From Candidatus Aegiribacteria sp. (GTDB lineage Bacteria; Fermentibacterota; Fermentibacteria; Fermentibacterales; JCC-6), in the NCBI GenBank assembly GCA_046498225.1, contig JAWOBF010000122.1, positions 1-14,192 on the forward strand: a DNA stretch of 14,192 nucleotides. The letters run 5' to 3'. Below the pieces are notes generated by a model. It did no database searches and was not told the origin of the DNA. It saw nothing but the letters and a program-made list of their open reading frames with translations. Shown piece by piece: positions 7,379-14,192 of this stretch (its first letter is position 1; the number at the start of each line of letters is the position of its first letter). A program made the position numbers and the translations under genes.

Positions 7379-8410
7379 ATGAAGATTTTTCTTGGCGGGA
7401 CGGGACTGAGTGTGAACCGGGTGGGGTTCGGCGGAATTCCCATTCAGCGGCTGAGCATGGACGGGGCGGCTGCAGTCCTGCAAGCCGCCCTGGAGCAGGG
7501 CGTTGATTTCATAGACACCGCCAGGGGTTACACGGACAGCGAGGAGAAGATAGGGCGTGTATTACGCTCCTTCTCCGGCCGGGTTACGCTGGCCACCAAG
7601 AGCATGGCCAGGACCCGGGACGAAATGCTTCGGGACGTGGAGACCAGCCTTCGAAAGCTGGGAGTGGGCAGCATTGACCTCTACCAGTGCCACAACATCT
7701 CCAGCGGGGACCAGCTGGAGACGGTTCTGGGGCCGGGGGGCGCAATGGAGGCTCTGACCGAGGCCCGGGACCAGGGCATGATAGGGCACATAGGCATTAC
7801 CGGCCACAAACCCCGGGTGGTTAAACAGGCCATCCAGCGTTTCCCGTTCGAGACCGTTCAGGTACCCTTCAACATGATAGAGACCGCCGCCGCGGAGGAG
7901 CTGCTTCCCCTGGCCAGGAAGAAGAATCTGGGCACCATCGCCATGAAGCCGGTAGCCGGAGGCGCCGTGAGGAACGTTCCGCTGAACCTGCGCTTCATCC
8001 TGACATCGGGCATGGATGTGGTGATACCCGGAATGGACAGGGTGGAGCAGGTGGAGGAGAACCTGTCGGTCCTGGACGGGCTGAAGCCGCTGAGCGAAGA
8101 GGAGGCGGAGGTCCTGGAGCGGGAGAAGGAGGAGCTGGGTGACATTTTCTGCCGCCGGTGCGAGTACTGCATGCCCTGCCCCGAGGGGCTGAACATCTCA
8201 TTCCTGCACCTGATAGGGGCTTACTACTTCAGGTACGGCCTGAAGGACTGGGCGTGGGAGCGTCTCCAGGGCCTTTCAAAGAGGTACGCGGATTGCGTCC
8301 GGTGCGGCGAGTGCGTGAAGAAATGCCCCTACGACCTGGACACGCCCGCCATCTTCGCGGAGCTCGACCGACGCATTGCGGAGGACCGGGGGAAGAGCGG
8401 GGCGGACTGA
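7379..8410 (+). CDS. Aldo/keto reductase with C-terminal 4Fe-4S dicluster domain (COG1453-like)
   Basis: GFGGIPI, IDTARGY, SEEKIG, LATK, IDLYQCH, IGITGH and IAMKP; C-terminal CRRCEYCMPCP and CVRCGECVKKCP. Starts 10 nt after the upstream stop, with a GAGG SD. Confidence 0.93.
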   Translation: MKIFLGGTGLSVNRVGFGGIPIQRLSMDGAAAVLQAALEQGVDFIDTARGYTDSEEKIGRVLRSFSGRVTLATKSMARTRDEMLRDVETSLRKLGVGSIDLYQCHNISSGDQLETVLGPGGAMEALTEARDQGMIGHIGITGHKPRVVKQAIQRFPFETVQVPFNMIETAAAEELLPLARKKNLGTIAMKPVAGGAVRNVPLNLRFILTSGMDVVIPGMDRVEQVEENLSVLDGLKPLSEEEAEVLEREKEELGDIFCRRCEYCMPCPEGLNISFLHLIGAYYFRYGLKDWAWERLQGLSKRYADCVRCGECVKKCPYDLDTPAIFAELDRRIAEDRGKSGAD

Positions 8411-8433
8411 CCGAAGCGGAAACCGGCCTCGTT

Positions 8434-9522
8434 CTAGTTGTCCGTAAACAGCGTCAGACCCTCCGTCTGTATCTCGTACCTGAAGTCCAGGCTGGTTCCT
8501 AAAGTACTGGAGGTGTCCGGAAGCAGCACCAGGTCGAACATCTTCACATAGGAACCATCGGAGAGGTAAAGGAATACCCTCCCTTCGTTAACGGTCAGGG
8601 GATAGTCCGTGTACCATTCGCCCTCGGGGTACTCCAGGCAGTATGTCTCCGCAAGGGGTGCGGCCATGAAGGTCACGTTCCCGCTGCCGAAGGGGGGCAT
8701 GGCCCCTGAGTAGATATGAAGATACCTATCCCCCCTTACCGGGTCGTGCGCGTATATGTCCTGAATGAAGCCCGGATCGGGCGCGTTTCCGGTCTCACCG
8801 GAGTGGGGTCCGAATATGAAAGCGTCCGGAAGGTACGACGGGCTCTGATCGTCCCAGATGGTATAGGTCACGGAATCCGAAAGCGGCATCGTACTGACAG
8901 CTTCTGCGTAACTGCCTGACAGGAATTCATCCTGTGACGCCTTCACCGAGTAGTACCCGGCAATGTCAGCCGTGTGGGTAAAAGTCGTGTCCGCGGGATC
9001 GCCGATATCGTACCAGAGCCCGGAGAGCCCGGTCCTGAAATAGACCCTGTACGAGTCCGCCTCCGCGACACTGTTCCAGGTCAATACAACTTCCCTGCCG
9101 GCGGAGGACGAGTCCAGGGAAAATCCCTCGACGGTCTGGACCGAGGGCACGAATATGGAATCCTCGTTGCTCCAGACCCCGTTGCCCTGGTCATCCAGGG
9201 TCAGAACCGCGTAGTGGTTGGTTGCTCCCACTACCGGCGGGTCGATGAACGCCGTACTGGAAGGGACCATGAAGACGCCGGCGATGACGGCTGACGAACT
9301 GTCGTCCGGTATTCCTCCTTCCATCGACCTGTACAGGGTATAGCTGTCGAATGCTTCATTTTCGCACATGGTCCATGAGACCCGGACCGCCCATCCGTGC
9401 CATGGTTCAACGAAGAGTATCGAAGGCTCGATGGCCTTGGTTCCGGGCCCGGTGGCCCCATCCCCGCAGGACATCATCAGAGCTGTGGCCGCCAGGGCCG
9501 CGGTCCGTCTCAGGACTCTCAT
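8434..9522 (-). CDS. Lipoprotein with fibronectin type III-like domains, 362 aa
   Basis: GGAGG SD at 9532-9528, ATG 9522 (not 9597); lipobox MMS-C; FN3-like units VSWT...FDSYTLYRS...WSNE and VLTWNSVAEADSYRVY...YYSVKA. Confidence 0.8.
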   Translation of the reverse strand: MRVLRRTAALAATALMMSCGDGATGPGTKAIEPSILFVEPWHGWAVRVSWTMCENEAFDSYTLYRSMEGGIPDDSSSAVIAGVFMVPSSTAFIDPPVVGATNHYAVLTLDDQGNGVWSNEDSIFVPSVQTVEGFSLDSSSAGREVVLTWNSVAEADSYRVYFRTGLSGLWYDIGDPADTTFTHTADIAGYYSVKASQDEFLSGSYAEAVSTMPLSDSVTYTIWDDQSPSYLPDAFIFGPHSGETGNAPDPGFIQDIYAHDPVRGDRYLHIYSGAMPPFGSGNVTFMAAPLAETYCLEYPEGEWYTDYPLTVNEGRVFLYLSDGSYVKMFDLVLLPDTSSTLGTSLDFRYEIQTEGLTLFTDN

Positions 9523-9705
9523 ACCTTCCTCCATATCGCTTACTATATACTTCGCAGCCGCCTTCCGTTCAAGTATGCGCGGGCGCCGGCTCATCAACGG
9601 GCCGGCGGATGCGGGGATGTTCGGAACGCAGAATAAGGTTTACCCCGGCAGTCCGCGGTGGTATTGTCACGAATGGCCTGCGAAAATCCTGAAAGCGGAC
9701 GCACT

Positions 9706-10743
9706 ATGAAAGCTGTTTTGTTCGGCATCGTTCTCACTTTTGCCGTATCCGGATGCCACGAGGTAACGGAGTTCCAGTCCGGGGAGCGGTCCGGCATCAC
9801 CCTGGTGCGGACAAGCGACCTGCAGGCGGTGAGCACCCTGGAGGGTATAGATGGCGGCCGGTCCATTATATCCGTCTCCCCCTCCGAGCTGGTGGTATTC
9901 AGCTCCGGCGGGCTGCTTTACAGGATAGATACCGCAGAGATGCGGGTCGATACCTCCTACAAGGTAGGAGGCAGTTCCGGAATGGGATACGGAGAAGCCG
10001 TCCAGGCCCTCAACGGCCACCTGTACGTTCTTGGGCCGGGATCCCAGGTTCTCGAGATCGACCTGGAGGCGGACGCGGTGGTAGACATGTTCCAGCCGGG
10101 ACCGAGCCCCTCGGCCCTGGCGGCGTCCCCCACGGAGCCCAGGCTTTATTTCGTGGACTCGGCGGAGAACTTCATCGGCGAGATATACCTGGTCAGCAAC
10201 GTGGTAGGCTTCACCAGCAGCGCCGGTTTGCCCCTGGCGGACATCATCGTGGAGCCCCTGGGAGGACGGCACATAATAGCGCCCTGCTCCAACAGCCGGG
10301 GCTACGTCTACGGGGTATGGCTGGACCTGTCGACGGCGGCCAGGCTCCTCGGCGGCATACATAACACGCTGCAGACCGGCTCTCCGGCAGGCATGGCGCT
10401 TCCGCTGCCCAGCGATTCGGTATACGCAGTCTGCAGCCCCGAATGGAACAGCTCAGGCGGCGTCCTTCACATGATACAGGGTTACGTCGAGTTCTCGCAG
10501 CCCACTCACACGGCGGTGCAGGGCCACCCCGTGGACATGTGCTTCACGGAGAGCACCGGGCTTTCGGGCAACCTCTTCGTGCTCAGCAGGACCGATGAAG
10601 GCGGCTCCGTGATCAGCATGTACGAGTTCCCCTCCGACTACAGGCACCCGGAACTGGCGGCCACCCTGACCCTCGAGGGCATGCCCAGAGGGATAGTGCG
10701 CCACGCCGGCGAGGAATACATAGCGGTACTGACATCCTATTAG
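9706..10743 (+). CDS. Lipoprotein with YncE/YVTN-like beta-propeller, 345 aa
   Basis: ATG 9706; MKAVLFGIVLTFAVSG-C lipobox; blade-like repeats (LYRIDTAEMRV, VLEIDLEADAVV, GPSPSALAASP..RLYFVD, GHPVDMCF, GMPRGIV). Confidence 0.75.
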   Translation: MKAVLFGIVLTFAVSGCHEVTEFQSGERSGITLVRTSDLQAVSTLEGIDGGRSIISVSPSELVVFSSGGLLYRIDTAEMRVDTSYKVGGSSGMGYGEAVQALNGHLYVLGPGSQVLEIDLEADAVVDMFQPGPSPSALAASPTEPRLYFVDSAENFIGEIYLVSNVVGFTSSAGLPLADIIVEPLGGRHIIAPCSNSRGYVYGVWLDLSTAARLLGGIHNTLQTGSPAGMALPLPSDSVYAVCSPEWNSSGGVLHMIQGYVEFSQPTHTAVQGHPVDMCFTESTGLSGNLFVLSRTDEGGSVISMYEFPSDYRHPELAATLTLEGMPRGIVRHAGEEYIAVLTSY

Positions 10744-10773
10744 AGAACATACGGGTCGGCCCGCAGGCATGGA

Positions 10774-10796
10774 CGCTGCTCCCGGCAGCGGCTTTT
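10774..10796 (+). terminator. Possible weak intrinsic terminator after the propeller lipoprotein gene
   Basis: CGCTGC-TCCCG-GCAGCG followed by GCTTTT. A TATAAT at 10799-10804 may serve the next operon. Confidence 0.4.
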
Positions 10797-10827
10797 CGTA
10801 TAATGGCGGCAACAGAACGGAGGACGC

Positions 10828-11484
10828 ATGCTGGAGATTCGGGACTTCGTTGTATCCGCCGGAGGACGGGTGCTTTTCAGGGACCTCTCCCTTACCCTTG
10901 AGTCCGGTTCCAGAGTGGCCCTCTGCGGTCCCTCAGGCTCGGGAAAAACGACCCTGCTCCGGGCCGTGGCCGGTCTCATAGACCCCGAGAAGGGAACCCT
11001 GCTCTTCCGGGATGAAGCTCCCGACGACATCGGATGGCCCTCCTACAGAAGGCGGGTGGTGCTGGTGGACCAGAGGCCTGTGCTGCTTGCGGGAACGGTG
11101 GAGGAGAACCTCCGGCTTCCCTTCGCCTACGCGACGGCCGGCGGGGATGAATTTCCGAAGAGCGACGCTCTCTCCCTTCTTTCATCCTTCGGGGTATCGA
11201 CCGAAAGGTTCGGCCAGGAGGCCAGGTCACTCTCACAGGGGCAGCAGCAGAGGGTCTGCCTGGTGCGGGCTTTCCTTCTGAAACCCTCCGTCCTGCTCCT
11301 GGACGAGCCTACCAGCGCTCTTGATCCCAAGGCTGTGCGGTCCGTGGAGAAAGCCCTGGTGACCGAAACCGAAAGAAGGGACCTTGCGGCGCTGGTGGTC
11401 ACCCACGACCCCGACCAGGCGGAGAGACTCTGTCACAGGACGGTAGACCTCGAGGACTACGGAGGGGAGGGGGACGATGGCTGA
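10828..11484 (+). CDS. fetA: ABC transporter ATP-binding protein, FetA/YbbL-like
   Basis: Walker A GPSGSGKT, Q-loop VDQRP, signature LSQGQQQR, Walker B LLLDEPTSALD, H-loop VTHD; overlaps the UPF0014 permease by 8 nt. The symbol rests on that pairing. Confidence 0.85.
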   Translation: MLEIRDFVVSAGGRVLFRDLSLTLESGSRVALCGPSGSGKTTLLRAVAGLIDPEKGTLLFRDEAPDDIGWPSYRRRVVLVDQRPVLLAGTVEENLRLPFAYATAGGDEFPKSDALSLLSSFGVSTERFGQEARSLSQGQQQRVCLVRAFLLKPSVLLLDEPTSALDPKAVRSVEKALVTETERRDLAALVVTHDPDQAERLCHRTVDLEDYGGEGDDG

Positions 11485-12286
11485 GAACGCGGTGATCCAC
11501 CTTTCGGCGGGAGATATGGCCATCGCTGCGGGGCTGGTGCTGGTGTCCGCCGCCATAAGCGTGGCCCTCCGGCTGAAGATGGAGAAGCAGCTGGCACTGG
11601 CGTCGGTGAGAACCGTGGTCCAGCTTCTGCTCATAGGGTTCATCCTTCAAAAGGTTTTCGAGATAAGCACACTTCCCGTCCTGGCGCCGGTCCTTCTGGT
11701 CATGCTGCTGGTGGCCGCGCACACCGCCGCCGGAAGACCGTCCAGAAAGTACTCGGGGCTGGGTTTCCTGGCCTTCGGCGTGATGAGCGTCACCAGCCTG
11801 GCGGTTACTATCACTGCCACAGGGCTCATCGTAGGGGTGGAGCCGTGGTACAGGCCCTCCTACCTCATACCTCTTCTGGGAATGGTCCTGGGCAACACCA
11901 TGAACGGCGTGTCCCTGGCCACCGATCACTTCCTGGAGAGTTTGTCCGAGAGGAAGCAGGAGGTGGAGATGCAGCTGGCCATGGGCGCTAGCAGGTGGGA
12001 GGCCGCCAGGGGTTCTGTGGCCGAGGCCGTCCGCAGGGGAATGATACCCATCATCAACAGCATGATGGTGGTTGGAGTGGTCTCGCTGCCGGGAATGATG
12101 ACCGGACAGATACTGGCGGGAGCCGACCCCACCATGGCCGTCAGGTACCAGATAATGATAATGTTCATGATAGCCGCAGGCGCGTCCGCCGGGGCCATGG
12201 GAATGGTCCTGCTCTCCTTCAGAAGGCTTTTCAACTGCAGGCACCAGCTGCTCTCCCAGCGGATATCCCTCAGGAGGAAGCGATAG
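11477..12286 (+). CDS. fetB: UPF0014 ABC permease, FetB/YbbM-like (putative iron export)
   Basis: RTVVQLLLIGFIL, YLIPLLGMVLGNTMNG, LAMGASRWEA and GVVSLPGMMTGQILAGADPTMAVRYQ are UPF0014 hallmarks. Confidence 0.92.
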   Translation: MAENAVIHLSAGDMAIAAGLVLVSAAISVALRLKMEKQLALASVRTVVQLLLIGFILQKVFEISTLPVLAPVLLVMLLVAAHTAAGRPSRKYSGLGFLAFGVMSVTSLAVTITATGLIVGVEPWYRPSYLIPLLGMVLGNTMNGVSLATDHFLESLSERKQEVEMQLAMGASRWEAARGSVAEAVRRGMIPIINSMMVVGVVSLPGMMTGQILAGADPTMAVRYQIMIMFMIAAGASAGAMGMVLLSFRRLFNCRHQLLSQRISLRRKR

Positions 12287-12326
12287 GGAACGACCTCGAA
12301 AACCGCGGGACTTTTTCACATGGAAA

Positions 12327-12354
12327 TGGTATAGTCCGGCGGGTCTGGAAGGAG
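12327..12354 (+). promoter_or_regulatory. Extended -10 promoter element and SD for the gene at 12359
   Basis: TG-G-TATAGT at 12327-12335; AAGGAG at 12349-12354, 4 nt before ATG 12359. Confidence 0.55.
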
Positions 12355-12358
12355 AACC

Positions 12359-13015
12359 ATGAGAAGGCTGGTTCCGGTCTGCCTGCTCCTGGCAGGCGCG
12401 CTGTCGGGGGGAAGCATCTACATAGGCAAAGCGGACTCTTCCACCAACGCTCCCTGGTGCGGCATTTGAATGCCCTCCCTTCGCTATCAGGTGATGGCGA
12501 TGGAGGAGGAGCTGGAAGGGCCGATGACGGTAACGGCGGTGTCCTGGTTGCGGTCCTACGAGGGTGACGACTGGGCCATCTACTACGACGTGTCCCTCTA
12601 CATGGGCCTGTGTGACCAGGATGACCTGATATCCGAGTTCGACCAGAACTACGTTCCCGGCACCAGGGAACTTGTTTTCTCCGCCGACAGCCTTTACCTG
12701 GAGGGAGAAGCCTGGGAATGGCTTACGCTGACCCTGGACGAACCATTCGAGTATTCCGGCGAGGGCAACCTGGTAATGGAACTGACCAGGAGGGACGCGG
12801 AGGACACAAACCTGTTCAGCTTCCGCTGGTATACCGCGGAGTACAGGACCGTCCTGGAGGTAGACCCGGAGGCGCAGTTCGGGTACGCAAACACCGTCGC
12901 GGCGATGCTGCGGATAGATTACGCCTCCACCGGCCTGTCCAGGATGACATGGCCGGGGATAAAGGCGCTTCGGCCGGCCCGTGAGCCCGCCGTTTCATGT
13001 ACATCGCGTGAATGA
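12359..13015 (+). CDS. Putative secreted selenoprotein (218 aa; C34-G-I-U37, in-frame TGA 12467-12469) with C-terminal TWxxIK motif
   Basis: ATG 12359 is in frame with the 12470 ORF (111 nt = 37 codons): MRRLVPVCLLLAGALSGGSIYIGKADSSTNAPWCGI(TGA)MPSLRYQ... It has an SD, a signal peptide, a Cys three codons before the TGA and a SECIS-like hairpin directly downstream. ATG 12470 has no SD. Confidence 0.8.
12474..12506 (+). promoter_or_regulatory. Bacterial SECIS-like element
   Basis: Lower stem CCTCC (12474-12478)/GGAGG (12502-12506); internal loop CT/T; upper stem TCGCTATC (12481-12488)/GATGGCGA (12493-12500) with one U-G pair; apical loop AGGT (12489-12492), 19 nt after the TGA. Confidence 0.75.
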
Positions 13016-13030
13016 GCCGGGCGATATTTT

Positions 13031-13837
13031 CTAGACCAGCGTAACCCTGCCCGCCCCGGTTATGTGTTTTGTCACCTTTTCCGGCTGTCCCGCGCAGCTG
13101 ACACTGCCCGCTCCGGATATTCTCACTGTCAACTCCTTCTCCGCCCGGAGTTCGACGCGACCGGCGCCGGTTATTCTCACAGAAGCCTTATCGGCGGCGA
13201 GCTCCGAGGCATATATCTTCCCCGCCCCGGATATTTTGAGCCTGAGCGTGTCCGCTTTCCCGGAGGCTCTCACCTCAGCCGTGCCGCCGACCCCGATGCT
13301 TAGTTCATCAGATGCGACATCGGAGATAAAAACTTCGGCGGCTCCGGATATGGTCAGCCCCTTCAGCTCCTGAACCGATACCTCCAGTTCCACGCCTGAC
13401 CCGGAGGAGACGGGCCTGTTGAACCCGACAGAGAGCTCTCCGTTCTTTACCCGGGTATCGAGGTACTGCAGAAGATTGTCGTCGGTGGTGACCGAAACCT
13501 CCCGGGGGCGGCCGCAGAGGACCCTTGCCCTGACCTTTCCGCTTACACTGAGCGAACTGAAGGGTTCCGGCCGGCGGGATTCGGTCTCCTTCACCCCGCT
13601 TCCCTTCACGGTACGGTGGAACACCCCGCGGAAGAGAAGGGCGAGGGGAACGATGAAGAGCAGAAGAACGAATACCACCGCGAGAATAAGCAGGACACCG
13701 GTGAGAACGCCGGCCAGTATGGGGATGAGAACAACCAGCGCGATCCCCGCCAGGACCACGGCGGACAGACCGGCCCCGATGGCGACCGCGGCTCTGAGAA
13801 CCGGGTTCTCTATATTTCGGCCGTTGAATGCAATGAT
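13031..13837 (-). CDS. Membrane-anchored GIN/DUF2807 (adhesin head-like beta-helix) protein; start uncertain
   Basis: VKGSGVKETESR, VTTDDNLLQYLDTRVKNGEL and repeated ISGAG/ITGAG units typical of DUF2807, after a long hydrophobic N-terminus. The frame is open upstream of GTG 13759 up to an in-frame TAG at 13843-13841. Confidence 0.85.
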   Translation of the reverse strand: MIAFNGRNIENPVLRAAVAIGAGLSAVVLAGIALVVLIPILAGVLTGVLLILAVVFVLLLFIVPLALLFRGVFHRTVKGSGVKETESRRPEPFSSLSVSGKVRARVLCGRPREVSVTTDDNLLQYLDTRVKNGELSVGFNRPVSSGSGVELEVSVQELKGLTISGAAEVFISDVASDELSIGVGGTAEVRASGKADTLRLKISGAGKIYASELAADKASVRITGAGRVELRAEKELTVRISGAGSVSCAGQPEKVTKHITGAGRVTLV

Positions 13838-13929
13838 TTTCTACCCCCCTGCGATCCTTCGGCTGAACACCGCATGCGGGAACCTCTTACGGCGGAAGTT
13901 CCCCCTTTTTCCTTTACCCTCGGGATTTC

Positions 13930-13958
13930 ATCCTATGAACGGCGGTACGGCATGTCAA
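13930..13958 (-). promoter_or_regulatory. Sigma70 promoter for the GIN-domain gene
   Basis: Minus strand TTGACA (13958-13953), 17-bp spacer, TAGGAT (13935-13930). Confidence 0.65.
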
Positions 13959-13985
13959 TCAGCCGCCTCCGAGGACCCGGCCGGT

Positions 13986-14192
13986 CTACCGGCCGGAGTC
14001 CAGAATGCTCCTGAGGACCTCGGCGAGCTCATCCCGGGTGAACGGTTTCTGCAGGAAGTGAACGCCCCCTTCAACGATGCCTCGGCTTATGACCGCGTCG
14101 GAGGTGTAGCCGGACACGAACAGCACCCTGAGGCCCGGTTCGAGCCTCTTCAGCCTGTCGTAGAGCTGCTTGCCGTTCATCCCCGGCATCAC
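13986..14192 (-). CDS. C-terminal part of a receiver domain, probably of a hybrid histidine kinase; 5'-truncated at the window edge
   Basis: VMPGMNGKQL...VLFVSGYT...FLQKPFTRDEL, typical of CckA-like hybrid kinase receiver domains. Confidence 0.88.
   Translation of the reverse strand: MMPGMNGKQLYDRLKRLEPGLRVLFVSGYTSDAVISRGIVEGGVHFLQKPFTRDELAEVLRSILDSGR

Noticed and set aside
12470..13015. ORF-track protein starting at ATG 12470, with 12359-12469 as a separate 36-aa peptide
   Set aside because: ATG 12470 has no SD, the upstream peptide is a signal sequence plus the start of a domain, and CxxU plus a SECIS-like hairpin explain the TGA better. Stop-start coupling is not formally excluded.
55..14014. 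Long antisense or overlapping ORFs (e.g. 595-1278, 1496-2266, 9667-10362, 11399-12319, 11995-12567, 13616-14014)
   Set aside because: They are shadows of real genes in GC-rich DNA, with no motifs or start signals.
1404..14192. Genome-wide TGA reassignment (genetic code 4 or 25)
   Set aside because: TGA ends complete-looking genes at 3805, 4424, 6209, 8410 and 13015, Trp is encoded by TGG, and no other intact gene needs TGA read-through.
1..14192. CRISPR array, integron attC array, IS element, tRNA (including tRNA-Sec) or rRNA
   Set aside because: By eye I found no regularly spaced repeats, attC-like sites, transposase or integrase, or cloverleaf. The Sec machinery would have to be encoded elsewhere in the genome.

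Overview
The window looks like two unrelated genomes joined at about 1404. Bases 1-1404 are very GC-rich, Rhodobacteraceae-like DNA: the 3' end of an EEP-family hydrolase gene and a leuB that breaks off mid-domain. From about 1404 the DNA is less GC-rich, uses AGG/AGA/ATA codons freely and is rich in lipoprotein genes; it resembles FCB-group candidate phyla such as Ca. Fermentibacteria (inference only). That part encodes a tandem OB-fold-like lipoprotein, a ferritin-like/GGDEF fusion, a helical lipoprotein, an FN3 lipoprotein broken by a frameshifting deletion, a wHTH-HATPase-DUF4325 regulator flanked by TTTGACA repeats, an HEWG-motif protein, an aldo/keto reductase with a 4Fe-4S domain, FN3 and beta-propeller lipoproteins, a fetAB-like ABC pair, a GIN/DUF2807 protein and a partial receiver domain. 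The top finding is missed by the ORF track. The ORF at 12470 most likely starts at ATG 12359 (SD, signal peptide) and reads through an in-frame TGA at 12467-12469 in an APWCGI-U (CxxU) motif, followed by a bacterial SECIS-like hairpin with an AGGU loop. This points to a secreted selenoprotein that does not look thioredoxin-fold and carries a C-terminal TWxxIK motif. All family calls come from motif recognition by eye; no searches were run.
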